From the human T2T-CHM13v2.0 reference genome, Homo sapiens: 64,000 nucleotides of DNA. The first letter of the stretch is position 1, and each line of letters begins with the position of its first letter. This document shows, one piece after another, positions 28,190 through 41,729 of the stretch. The stretch lies in assembly GCF_009914755.1 (NCBI RefSeq), contig NC_060926.1. One strand, written 5' to 3'. A model generated the notes under the pieces. That model saw only the letters and a list, made by a program, of their open reading frames with translations. It was not told where the DNA came from and ran no database searches. The translations under genes and the position numbers were made by a program.

Positions 28190-28311
28190 CGGGGGACCTC
28201 CCTTGGGAGATCATTCACCTGTACTCCTGTTCTTTGCTCCATGACAAAGATCCACCTATGACCTCAGGTCCTCAGACCGACCAGCCCAAGGAATATCTCA
28301 CCAATTTTAAA

Positions 28312-28321
28312 TCAGGTAAGC
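28312..28321 (+). promoter_or_regulatory. HERV-H major splice donor
   Basis: TCAG|GTAAGC about 145 nt after the 5' LTR, at the position of the known HERV-H leader donor. Confidence 0.8.
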
Positions 28322-29032
28322 GGCCTCTTCTTACTCTCTTCTCCAACCTCTCTTACTGTCCCTCAACCACTTTCTCCTTCCCACTCTTCAATCTCTCCCT
28401 TCTCTTAATTTCAATTCCTTTCATTTTCTGGGAGAGACAAAGGAGACACGTTTTATCCGTGGACCAAAAACTCCGGCGCCGGTCACAGACTAGGAAGGCA
28501 GCCTTCCCTTGGTGTTTAATCATTGCAGAGAAGCCTCTCTGATTATACACTCATGTTTCAAGGGTGTCAGACCACGCAGGGACGCCTGCCTTGGTCCTTC
28601 ACCCTTAGCGGCAAGTCCTGCTTTTCTGGGGAAGGGGCAAGTACCCCAACCCCTTCTCTCCTTGTCTCTATCCCTTCTCTGCTTTTCTGGGAGAGGGGCA
28701 AGTACCCCTCAACCCCTTCTCCTTCACCCTTAGCGGCAAGTCCCGCTTTTCTATGGGGCAAGAACCCCCAATCCCTTATTTCCACACCCCAACCTCTTAT
28801 CTCTGTGCCCCAATCCCTTATTTCCGTGCCCCAACCTTGTATCTCTGTGCCCCAATCCCATTTCCGTGCCCCAACCTCTTATGTCTCTGCACCCCAATCC
28901 CTTATTTCTGCACCCCGACCTCTTATCTCTGTGCCCCAACCCCTTTTCCCACTTTTCTGGAAGGTAAGAACCCCCGAACCCCTTCCCACCATTTCTCCAC
29001 TCTCTCTTTTCTCTAGGCTTGCTTCCTTCACT

Positions 29033-30290
29033 ATGGGCAACCTTCCACCCTCCATTCCTCCTTCTACTCCCTTGGCCTCTGTTCTCAAAAACTTAAAACC
29101 TCTTCAACTCACACCTGACCTAAAACCTAAATGCCTTATTTTCTTCTGCAATGCCGCTTGACCCCAGTACAAACTCGACAGTAGTTCCAAATAGCCAGAA
29201 AATGGCACTTTGAATTTTTCCATCCTGCAAAATCTAAATAATTCTTGTCATAAAATAGGCAAACGGTCTAAGGTGCCTGACGTCCAGGCATTCTTTCACA
29301 CATCAGTCCCTTCCTAGTCTCTGTGCCCAATGCAACTCGTCCGAAATCTTCCTTCTTTCCCTCCCGCCTGTCCCCTCAGCACCAACCCCAAGCGTCGCTG
29401 AGTCTTTCTAATCTTCCTTTTCTACAGACCCATCTGACCTCTCCCCTCCTCCCCAGGCTGCTCCTCACCAGGCCGAGCTAGGTCCCAATTCTTCCTCAGC
29501 CTCCGCTCCTCCACCCTATAATCTTTCTATCACCTCCCCTCCTCACACCTGGTCCGGCTTACAGTTTCGTTCCCTAACTAGCCCTGCCCCTCCTGCCCAG
29601 CAATTTACTCCTAAAAAGGTGGCTGGAGCTAAAGACATAGTCAAGGTTAATGCTCCTTTTTCTTTATCCCAAATCAGAAGCGTTTAGGCTCTTTTTCATC
29701 AAATATAAAAACCCAGCCCAGTTCATGACTTGTTTGGCAGCAACCCTGAGACGCTTTACAGCCCTAGACCCTAAAAGGTCAAAAGGCCGTCTTATTCTCA
29801 ATATGCATTTTATTACCCAATCTGCTCCCGACATTAAATAAAACTCCAAAAATTGGAATCTGGCCCTCAAACCCCACAACAGGACTTAATTAACCTCACC
29901 TTCAAGGTGTACAATAACAGAAAAAAGTTGCAATTCCTTGCCTCCACTGTGAGACAAACCCCAGCCACATCTCCAGCACACAAGAACTTCCAAACGCCTG
30001 AACCGCAGCGGCCAGGCGTTCCTCCAGAACCTCCTCCCCCAGGAGCTTGCTACACTTGCCGGAAATCTGGCCACTGGGCCAAGGAATGCCCGCAGCCCGG
30101 GATTCCTCCTAAGCCTCGTCCCATCTGTGTGGGACCCCACTGAAAATCGGACTGTTCAACTCACCTGGCAGCCACTCCCAGAGCCTCTGGAACTCTGGCC
30201 CAAGGCTCTCTGACTGACTCCTTCCCAGATCTTCTCGGCTTAGCGGTTGAAGACTGACACTGCCCGATCGCCTCGGAAGCCCCCTAAACC
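29033..30290 (+). pseudogene. HERV-H gag remnant
   Basis: ATG GGC AAC CTT (MGNLPPSIPP), stop at 29159; CCHC knuckle CYTCRKSGHWAKEC 30048-30089; second knuckle broken (RPICVGPH*KSDC). Confidence 0.9.
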
Positions 30291-32500
30291 ATCAGGGACA
30301 CCGAGCTTCGGGTAACTCTCACAGTGGAAGGTAAGCCCGTCCCCTTCGTAATCAATACGGAGGCTACCCACTCCACATTACCTTCTTTTCAAGGGCCTTG
30401 TTCCTTTGCCTCCATAACTGTTGTGGGTATTGACGGCCAGGCTTCTAAACCTCTTAAAACCCCCCAACTCTGGTGCCAACTTAGACAATACTCTTTAAAG
30501 TGCTCCTTTTTAGTTATCCCCACCTGCCCAGTTCCCTTATTAGGCTGAGACACTTTAACTAAATTATCTGCTTCCCTGACTATTCCTGGACTACAGCTGT
30601 ATCTCATTGCCGCCCTTCTTCCCAATCCAAAGCCTCCTTTGCGTCCTCCTCTTGTAACCCCCCACCTTAACCCACAAGTATAAGATACCTCTACTCCCTC
30701 CTTTGCAACCGATCATGCACCCCTTACCATCTCATTAAAATCTAATCACCCTTACCCCACTCAACGCCAATATCCCATCCCACAGCACGCTTTAAAAAGA
30801 TTAAAGCCCGTTATCACTCGCCTGCTACAGCATGGCCTTTTAAAACCTATAAACTCTCCTTACAATTCCCCCATTTTACCTGTCCTAAAACCAGACAAGC
30901 CTTACAAGTTAGTTCAGGATCTGCGCCTTATCAACAAAACTGTTTCGCCTATCCACCCTGTGGTGCCAAACCCATATACTCTCCTATCCTCAATACCTCC
31001 CTCCACAATCCATTATTCTGTTTTGGATCTCAAACGTGCTTTCTTTACTATTCCTTTGCACCCGTCATCCCAGCCTCTCTTCGCTTTCACTTGGACTGAC
31101 CCTGACACCCATCAAGCTCAGCAAATTACCTGGGCTGTACTGCCGCAAAGCTTCACAGACAGCCCCCATTACTTCAGTCAAGCCCAAATTTCATCCTCAT
31201 CTGTTACCTATCTCGGCATAATTCTCATAAAAACACACGTGCTCTCCCTGCCAATTGTGTCCGACTGATCTCTCAAACCCAAGCACCTTCTACAAAACAA
31301 CAACTCCTTTCCTTCCTAGGCATGGTTAGCGCGGTCAGAATTCTTACACAAGAGCCAGGACCACACCCTGTAGCCTTTCTGTGCAAACAACTTGACCTTA
31401 CTGTTTTAGCCTAGCCCTCATGTCTGCGTGCAGCAGCTGCCGCTGCTTTAATACTTTTAGAGGCCCTCAAAATCACAAACTATGCTCAACTCACTCCCTA
31501 CAGTTCTCATAACTTCCAAAATCTATTTTCTTCCTCATACCTGACACATATACTTTCTGCTTCCCGGCGCCTTCAGCTGTACTCACTCTTCGTTGAGTCT
31601 CCCACAATTACCGTTGTTCCTCGCCCAGACTTCAATCCGGCCTCCCACATTATTCCTGATACCACACCTGACCCCCATGACTGTATCTCTCTGATCCACC
31701 TGACATTCACCCCATTTCCCCAAATTTCCTTCTTTCCTGTTCCTTACCCTGATCACACTTGATTTATTGATGGCAGTTCCACCAGGCCTAATCGCCACAC
31801 ACCAGCAAAGGCAGGTTATACTATAGTACAAGCCACTAGCCCGCCTCTTAGAACCTCTCATTTCCTTTCCATTGTGGAAATCTATCCTCAAGGAAATAAC
31901 TTCTCAGTGTTCCATCTGCTATTCTACTACTCCTCAAGGATTATTCAGGCCCCCTCCCTTCCCTACACATCAAGCTCGAGGATTTGCCCCACCCAGGACT
32001 GGCAAATTAGCTTTACTCAACATGCCCGAGTCAGGAAACTAAAATACCTCTTAGTCTAAATAGACACTTTCACTGAATAAGTAAAGGCCTTTCCTACAGG
32101 GTCTGAGAAGGCCACTGCAGTCATTTCTTCCCTTCTGTCAGACATAATTCCTCAGTTTAGCCTTCCCACCTCTATACAGTCTGATAACAGACAAGCCTTT
32201 ATTAGTCAAATCAGCCAAGCAGTTTTTCAGGCTCTTAGTATTCAGTGAAACCTTTATATCCCTTACGGTCCTCTGTCTTCAAGAAAAGTAGAACGGACTA
32301 AAGGTCTTTTAAAAACGCACCTCACCAAGCTCAGCCACCAACTTAAAAAGGACTGGACAATACTTCTACCACTTTCCCTTCTCAGAATTCAGGCCTGTCC
32401 TCGGAATGCTACACGGTACAGCCCATTTAAGCTCCTGTATAGACGCTCCTTTTTATTAGGCCCCAGTCTCATTCCAGACACCAGACCAACTTAGACTGTG
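30291..32500 (+). pseudogene. HERV-H pro-pol remnant
   Basis: Protease FVINTEATHS (catalytic DTG lost); RT motifs YNSPILPV, LVQDLR, VLDLK.AFF, LPQSF but no YxDD; RNase H FIDGSS; integrase QDWQI and IQSDN; many stops and deletions. Confidence 0.9.
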
Positions 32501-33077
32501 CCCCCCCCAAAAAAAAAACTTGTCATCCCTACTATTTTCTGTCTAGTCATACTCCTATTCACCGTTCTCAACTACTCATACGTGCCCTGCTCTTGTTTAC
32601 ACTGTTTTTCCAAGCCATCACAGCTGATATCTCCTGGTGCTATCCCCAAACTGCCACTCTTAACTCTTGAAGTAAATAAATAATCTTTGCCGGCAGGACT
32701 CTGCCGAATCTCCTTAAGCACTCTCTAATCAGATATCCTGAGTTGTCCCAATTCTTAGACCTTTTATACCTGTTTTTCTCCTTCTGTTATTCCATTTAGT
32801 TTTTCAATTCATACAAAACCATATCCAGGCCATCACCAATCATTCTATACAACAAATGTTTCTTCTAACGTCCCCACAATATCACCCCTTACCACAAGAT
32901 CTTCCTTCAGCTTAATCTCTCCCACTCTAGGTTCCCACGCCGCCCCTAATCCCGCTTGAAGCAGCCCTGAGAAACATCGCCCACTCTCTCTCCATACCAC
33001 CCCCCAAAAATTTTCGCCGCCCCAACACTTCAACACTATTTTGTTTTATTTTTCTTATTAATATAAGAAGGCAGGAA

Positions 33078-33533
33078 TGTCAGGCCTCTGAGCCCAAGCC
33101 AAGCCATCGCATCCCCTGTGACTTGCACGTATATACGCCCAGATGGTCTGAAGTAACTGAAGAATCACAAAAGAAGTGAATATGCCCTGCCTCACCTTAA
33201 CTGATGACATTCCACCACAAAAGAAGTGTAAATGGCCGGTCCTTGCCTTAACTGATGACATTACCTTGTGAAAGTCCTTTTCCTGGCTCATCCTGGCTCA
33301 AAAAGAACCCCCACTGAGCACCTTGTGACCCCCCACTCCTGCCTGCCAGAGAACAAACCCCCTTTGACTGTAATTTTCCTTTACCTACCCAAATCCTATA
33401 AAACGGCCCCACCCTTATCTCCCTTCGCTGACTCTCTTTTCGGACTCAGCCTGCCTGCACCCAGGTGAAATAAACAGCCATGTTGCTCACACAAAGCCTG
33501 TTTGGTGGTCTCTTCACACGGACGCGCATGAAA
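33078..33533 (+). mobile_element. 3' LTR7
   Basis: Copy of the 5' LTR with about 10 substitutions and 1 indel (manual count); AATAAA 33469-33474. Confidence 0.95.
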
Positions 33534-34034
33534 CTTGGCATTGCCATTTTACAGATGAAGGCCAGGAAGTTTCAGCAATCTGCCCAAGTTAGGAAGTGGA
33601 GAGCTGGAGGTCCCACCCAGGACTGCCTCGTGGATGCAGCTTCTCTTGCCCTCATAGCTTCTCTCTCGTGATACATGTTAGGCTGTCCTACTTCCTCCAG
33701 GAAGTCACCCCACGTTCTCGTGAGCCAACAATACCATTCTTCACACATCAACAATGTGAGCCAACTCCCACATAAAATGCCGACCAACAGACCAACTGCA
33801 GGGCATTTCATCCCGAAATATGTAGCAGCTGGATACAGAACAGAAAGAGACACGAGGTGGAGACACGAGGGTTCAGGCTGGTTTGTCTACAGTGGAATGG
33901 AGTCTCCTAAACTCAATGGCAAAGGTCACAGGATGGTCAGCTGTGAGAAGAGAGCAGGGAATCAAGGGCAGCAGCTTGTTTTGTCCTACAAACACTGTCC
34001 TAAAAACACTGCAAAATTCTCATGTTGAAACAAA

Positions 34035-34920
34035 ACTCCTGGATATCTACACAAAAATCTGCACACAAATATTCCTAGCAACATTACTCATAATACCCCA
34101 AAAGTGGAAACCACCTCACTATGAACGGAGTGTCTCCAAAATTCATATGTTGAAGTCTTAATCTCCATTGTGATGATATTTGAAGGTGGGGCTTTGGGGA
34201 GGTAATTAGGGAGAAGGAGGAGCCTTTGCGAATGGAATTGATGCCGTTAGAAGAAGAGACAGGAGAGAGATCATCTCTCTCTGCCACAGGAGGATCCAGC
34301 ATAAAGATGGCGTCCTGCAAGAGCTCCCTCACTGAGCACTGAATCAGCCAGCCGCTTGATCACAGACTTCCAGACTCCAGAACTGTGAGAAATAAACGTC
34401 TGTTGTTTAAGCCACTCAGGCTGAAGCGAGTGTTGTGGCAGCCAAACAGACTAAGACAAACCCAAATGCCCATTAACTGATAAATGGATGCATAAAATGT
34501 TATAATATTGTATGCAATATTATTTCATAAAAATGAAGGAAATTATTCCACAATACAAAGGAATACAATTATGATTCATGCGACAATACGGTTGAATCTT
34601 CAAGACATTATACTAAGTGAAAGAAGTCAGGAACAAGGGTCCCATATAACCATAGGTTCCACTTACACAAACGTCCACAACACATAAATCTAGAAACAGA
34701 AACTATGTTAGTGGCTGCCTAGGGTTTAGGATGAGGAGGGTAGATGTGAAGAATGAAGGAGGTGTGACTGCAATAGGGTACAGTTTCTTTTAGGGTAATG
34801 AAAATATTCTAAAATTGATTGCAACTCTGTGGATATGCTGAAAACCATTGAATTATATACTTAAAATAGGTGAATTGCATAGTATGTGAATTATACCTCA
34901 ATGAAGCTGTTACCAAAAAA
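34035..34920 (+). mobile_element. L1M 3' region interrupted by an MLT1A-like LTR (~34117-34458)
   Basis: L1 aagtggaaac...|...cccaaatgcccattaactgataaatggat resumes after the LTR end aacagactaagaca. Confidence 0.7.
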
Positions 34921-35049
34921 AACCCCACAATATTCTACTTAGAATATTGTGCTTAGAAACAAAATAAGTTCTCCAATTGTTGGGGGTCTGGGGAGGAACT
35001 CATGGTGTTTCATCAAAATGATCCAAAATTGATTCTGTTCTGATCTAGC

Positions 35050-35820
35050 CTCTTCTCCCAGACATCCTTAACTCAGCAAATGGCCCCACACTCTGCCACA
35101 GCTAGAAAGCTGAGTCATCCTTGATTTCTCCTCTTCCTGCACCATCCCCCAAATTCAAATGCATCAGCAACTCCTGTCCATTACCTCTCCAAAATACACC
35201 TCACACTTCACCCATTTATGCTCCTCCTCAATGCCACCAACCTAGTCCAAACCATCACCCTCTCTCAATTCTGACACATCTTGTTCCCATTCTTGCCATC
35301 CTCTGATCCATTCGCAATGCATGGCAAGTTATTGTTTCACAACATAAGTCAGCTCCTGGCTCTCCAAGGCAGACACCCTTCTCTGGTCGCACAAGGCAGG
35401 AACTGAAGATCCACCCTTCCTCGTGCCTCCAGCGCTCTGCTCATCATGACCCCCTAAGCTACTCCAGACATGCTCTGCTCCCTTTCGCCCTCAGCTATGC
35501 CAAAGCCTTTATCGCCTCCAGCCCTTTGCACTTGCTGTTCCCTCTGCCTGGGCCCCTCTTCCTTCACATCTTTGCATGACTGACTGGCTGTGACTCATCC
35601 TTTAAGGGTCCCAACTCAGACCTCTCTCAGAGAAGAGGCCCCTGACCACCCTGTGCAGAGGGGCCCCACTCAGTTCCACCTTATCTCATCCAGTGTTCCT
35701 GTTACAGCACTGCTTGCAAATTGTAGTTACCTTGTTTGTTTGTCTACTCTGTTCTCATCTGCCTTACCCATTAGAAACTGGATCCAATCTTTTCTTTTTA
35801 TTCAAACACCTTCTATAAAT
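35050..35820 (+). mobile_element. L2 fragment
   Basis: gagtcatccttgatttctcctct...ctttgcacttgctgttccctctgcctgg. Confidence 0.65.
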
Positions 35821-38236
35821 ATTTGCTTTTTGTTTTTGTTTTTGTTTGAGACAGGGTCTCACTCTGTTGCCCAAGATGGAGTGCAGTGGCGCGATCACTA
35901 TGAAAAGATCAGGTCACAGGGATACAAAGACGACCAGGATTTGTAGTTGACCAGGATTTGGTGCTACCCTAAAAGAGGTCTTCTTTTCTGGGGGACAGGG
36001 ACACAGTAATGTAAACGTGTATTTCAATGCAATATGATAAATGTTCTGAGTACTTTTGCTATTGAAGCACAGAGATAAAGCTCTCTCCAAGTCTGAGTCA
36101 TATTTGTTCTGGAAGAATCAAGGAATTTTGAAGACAGAAAAATGAAGCAAGGGCTCTCCGGTTTTATTTGCAATGTTCTGTGTTTCCAAATCACTTTTAG
36201 TAATCTGCCTTTTGAGAGAGGCATCCCCTTTACCACCCTGCCTAAGAGGAAAATTAATTCGATAATTATTTAAAATTTGGTAGGTTTCAAAGGAATGGGT
36301 ATTTGGAGCACACTTCACTAGTCTTTCCCCTTTTGTTTTAAAAATTTGCCAAAGTAAAAAGTTGCTTTAGAAAGTAGAAAACCAATAATGACACTAGCAA
36401 CCTGGAATGCAGTAGAGGCAGCTATCCGGCATATCTCAGATTATAATATTCAAATACATGCCGAAGACAAACACAATTTGGCATGCTACAGAACTAGAGA
36501 AACAGGTAGGCCTGAGAGTTACTTGAATTTTTTCTGGGGCAGAAACTCAGAAATCCAAAAATGATCTTATTTACAAGCCTTTAGTCTGAGTTGACCTTTC
36601 TTCTTTAAAAGACATCGATGCCCTTTCGTTGTTTCATTTTCTGCCAATTTCCAAATGTTCTCCAAGAAAAAGACAACCTCTGAAATTCACCAAAAAATGA
36701 ATAAATAAAAACCCTCTAAATCAATCACTAAATGAGGAAAAATAGACAGAACTTCGTTAATTGACTCAGGCTTTTAAAAATTGTCTCTCCTGATGGGGAC
36801 TGAGGGATGAGCTCTTGAAGCTCACAGAACACAGAGTGAGTCAACAGCGGCATCTAGTGTTCAATCAGAATCCTGCAAAGCCCCTCGTTGGAGATGGGAG
36901 GATCTGTGTGTTATTGTAAGAGGCAAATCAGTTACATTTATCCACTCGTGGAAATCATTGAGAAGCACTCACCCGAGTGTTTATGGTGCTGCTTCCATAG
37001 ATGTTCACAGGAGAAGGACGCAGGTTGCCCTAATTCCAGAGAGACGGAACATCACACAGCCTTGGCATGCATCTCACCTGCATCTCAGCCTCATCTCAGC
37101 TTCCCCTCAGACTCAAACTCAAAGACAGGACTATGTGCCTGAGAGTCCCTGAAGGGCAGAAGCCCTCTAAGGTGGTTTAACAGCCTTCTCTGGAGTAAAC
37201 GGAATAGATTGTGTTAATTGTTGGAAATAATCCTGCTTTTGCCTTAACTTTTTTCTGGACACCCTGAACTCTTCAGTGAATAGTGAATTCTGGGGAAACT
37301 ATTTAATCGGCTACAATCTATAAATAAGGGGTGATTTTGGATCTGTGTATGCCAGTGATTTTCACCATTTTTCCCCAGCAATGAAATGATTTAAGGGAAA
37401 AACATGAGATATTTGGAATGACAATGTTACAAAGAATAGATACATATACATAATCTATAGCTGATCTCTTTAAAGGGGGGTTGGTGTAGAAAAACCAGAC
37501 CTACAGGCACTCAGCCATCCAGAACTCCCACCCTTCCCTTGCCTCTCCTCACCCCACTCTCCTTGGCCCCCCACCCTATTGGCCCCAGCCCCGTGCCACT
37601 CCCAGCTGCTGAGGCTTATCTGCAGAGACCTAGGTCCTCCTAGAATAACAGAAGCCTTTTAAACTTGGATCTGTTTTCTTTAGGAGAAAAGTGACAGAAA
37701 GGCACCCAACAGACCTGGGCAAAGGATACAAGGTACATTAATACAGGTTAAGATGTAACCTAGCGGACACAGAGAGCTACAAAAAGGGGGAGGCTTAGCA
37801 GCATTTTGGCAGTTGGAAAGACAAGCTTCCCTTGTTTTCTGTACCCACCAAGGTGCCCTGCCTTCATCCTCACCACTTTGCTGATGGCATTATGTCTTTG
37901 GCTGAGGATGCCATCAGATCCTTTGGGAAATTCTCCTTGCCATTCTGAGAGATTTTATACCCTCCTGAGCCCTCCCGGGGGCTGCCCACCTGTCTGCCCA
38001 TAGAGGCAAGTTACTGGTGACAGTGCCAGCAAAAATCTGAAGGTTTACTGAAAGGAGAGTCAGTGGGCAGTATCTTCCTAACACCATGTGCCTTGGAGCT
38101 TCCTCTATAATTATTCATTCATTCACTTCATTCACTGAGAAAGCATAATTGGGTATATTCCAAACTACCCCAACCAAAAGGCCAGCATTTGTTATGGTTG
38201 GAAACTACTTGTTTACCTAGATTATAAAAATAATAA

Positions 38237-38692
<456 letters not shown>

Positions 38693-38754
38693 TTATTAAT
38701 GATAGGTAACACTGAGCAATTGCCACAAGACGGGCTTTCTTCTCAATACTTCAT

Positions 38755-38987
38755 CTCGGGATTTCTCAATCTCAGCATGACTAGTATTTTGGGATGTACA
38801 GTTCTTTGTGATGGGGGCCTGTATTAAGCATTGTAGGATGTTTAGCAACATCCCCGGCCATCCACCACATGAGAATTGCTTCCCCCAACCCCTGCACCAG
38901 TTGTGACAGCTAAGAATGTCTCCAGATATGGCCAAATGTCCCCTGGGGAGCAAAATTGCTCCCCTCCCCTGTTATATAAGAATCATT
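38755..38987 (+). mobile_element. MER20
   Basis: gcattgtaggatgtttagcaacatccc...aatgtctccagatatggccaaatgtcccctgggg. Confidence 0.75.
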
Positions 38988-38992
38988 ACCTT

Positions 38993-39286
38993 GACCAGGT
39001 GCAGTGGCTTATGCTTGTAATCCCAGCACTTTGGGAGGCCAAGGCAGGGGGATTGCTTGAGTTCAGGAGTTCGAGACCAACATAGTGAAACCCCATCTCT
39101 ACTAAAAAATACAGAACATTAGCTGGGCATGGTGGCACATGCTTGTAGTTCCAGCTACTCAGGGGGGCTGAGTTAGGAGGATTGCTTGAGCCTGGGAGGT
39201 TGAGGCTGCAGTGAGCCCTGATGGTGCCACTGCACTCCAGCCTGGGTGGCAGAGCAAGACCCTGTCTCAAAAAAAAAAAAAAAAAA
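38993..39286 (+). mobile_element. AluJ
   Basis: Dimeric Alu with poly-A tail. Confidence 0.9.
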
Positions 39287-40025
39287 GTCACTGCCTTATA
39301 AATTAATTATATAATTCATGCAAAAATCTATACAGATTAGATGGTTTTATTTCTCCTGTTTTAAGTTGACAAAACCAAAGCACAAAAGGTTGTATAACTT
39401 TCCCAACTGTACACAACTAAACTCATCTTAGATGAGCACTCCAGCTCCAGAGCCTATGCTCTCCACCACTCTGTTCCATTCTCCTCTAAATTCCAAGCCC
39501 CAGTTTATTAACCAGAATCAGCAGAACTCTCAGAAGAGCTGGTAATTTCCCTGGCACCATCACTGTCTTGGGTGGATGTGCTGCCTCTTCCAGAGGCCTG
39601 GACAGTAAAAAGAAAAACAAGAGTTAAATCAGATCTTTTCAACCTTGCCCTCATGTGTGAAACTACATTTCTCAGGACATCTCAGCTAAGAAGTTACTAT
39701 AAAGTTTCAAGAGCCATCACAAAACAAAATTTCTCCAGTTTCATCTCAACTCACTGTAGCCACCCTCACCACCTTTAAATTCCTTCCAAAATCTTTGGGC
39801 CCCTGATTTACTCAGAAACCACAGCTGGAACCACTTCAAGTGGGATCTTAGTGGGTGCCGTGTGAATTGATCAATTCCCATGCACTAGCTCATTTAAACT
39901 TTATAACAAGTATTTTACCCATTTAACTATAGGGGAAACTAAGGATTAAAGTGATTAAATAACTTGCCCAAAGTCACTCACATTATTAGTCAGTATTCTT
40001 CCAAGAAACATAATCAAAATGAGAA

Positions 40026-40026
<1 letters not shown>

Positions 40027-40081
<55 letters not shown>

Positions 40082-40129
40082 GTCTGTCTATCTATCTATC
40101 TGTCCATCTATCTATCTGTCCATCTATCT
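40027..40129. repeat. (TCTA)n tetranucleotide repeat
   Basis: Directly visible, at the tail position of the adjacent minus-strand L1. Confidence 0.93.
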
Positions 40130-40895
40130 AGGGTCCATAAGACATTTTGATACAGGTATGCAATGCATAATAGTCACATCATGGAAAATGGGGTATCCAT
40201 CTTTCAAGCATTTATCTTTCGTGTTACAAACAATCCAATTACACTCTTTTAGTTACATTAAAATGTACAATTAAACTATTATTGCCTATAGTCACCCTGT
40301 TGTGCCATCAAATACTAGATCTTATTCATTCTTTCTAATTTATTTTGTACCCATTAACCAGCCCTACCTTCCCCTCAAACCCCTTCTCCACTACCCTTCC
40401 CAGTCTCTGATAACCATTCTTCCACTCTCTACCTCCATGAGTTCAATTGTTTTGATTTTTAGATCCCACAAATAAGTAAGAACATTCAATGTTTATCTTT
40501 CTGTGCCTGGCTTATTTCACTTAACATAATGACCTCCAGTTCATCCATGTTGTGCAAATGACAGGATCTCATTCTTGTATATATGCACCACATTTTCATT
40601 ATCCATCCATCTGTTGATGGACACTTAGCTTGCTTCCAAATCTTGGCCATTGTGAACAGTGCTGCAACAAACATAGGAGCGCAGCTATCTCTTTTTGATA
40701 CACTGATTTCCTTTCTTTTGAGTATATACTCAACAGTGGGATTGCCAGATCATGTGGCAGCTCTACTTTTACATTTTCGAAGAAACTCCAAACTGTTCTC
40801 CATAATGGTTGTACTAATTTACATTCCCACCAACAGTGTATGAGGGTTCCCATCCTTGCCAGCATTTGTCATTGCCTGTCTTTTGGATATAAGCC
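40130..40895 (-). mobile_element. L1MA 3' portion
   Basis: Minus-strand ORFs give L1 ORF2 C-terminal-like text ([27 protein letters not shown]). Confidence 0.85.
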
Positions 40896-41370
40896 CCTAA
40901 GACATCTTCAGACATGCCTGAATCCTTGAGTGGACACAACATCCAGTCTTTCTCCAAAGGTGCTCCAGAGATCACCTGCATCAAACTATCCTGGAGCAGG
41001 AAGCATGAAAGCTGTCTAGTTTCTCAGGCAGGTGATCAAGGTCAACACCATCATACTAAGTTGCCTTGTTAATGGGTAACCTTTATATGATGTGATGAAA
41101 ATGACACTTCATCTCTGTGGCCTCCCCCCAATCTAATCACAAGAAAAATATCAGACAAATCCCAATTGAGGTATATTTTTACAAAATATTTGGCCAATAC
41201 TCTTCAAAAACATGGACAGTCCAAGACACTATCATGCCCAAGAGGAGGAACCTAAGGAGGCATGACAACTAAATGTAATGTGGCATTAGGTAAAAACCAA
41301 GGAAATAGGAATGGAGTAGAGCCTTTAATTAATAATAATGTATCAATATTGGTTCACTAGATATGACTAA

Positions 41371-41729
<359 letters not shown>

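Larger units (their letters stand above)
27715..33533 (+). mobile_element. HERV-H provirus, 5819 bp, common deleted (RTVL-H2-like) form
   Basis: Two ~455-bp LTRs, 5-bp TSD CTTGG (27710-27714 and 33534-33538), tRNA-His PBS, polypurine tract AAGAAGGCAGGAA 33065-33077, gag/pro/pol remnants, env mostly missing. Appears inserted into a MIR. Confidence 0.97.

Noticed and set aside
28590-28950. Short interspersed repeats superficially like a repeat-spacer (CRISPR-like) array
   Set aside because: These are the normal HERV-H leader/pre-gag repeats in eukaryotic DNA; there are no unique spacers or cas genes.
29033-33060. Functional Gag, Pol or Env from the provirus
   Set aside because: Many stops, loss of the protease catalytic Asp, no YxDD motif, and env mostly deleted.
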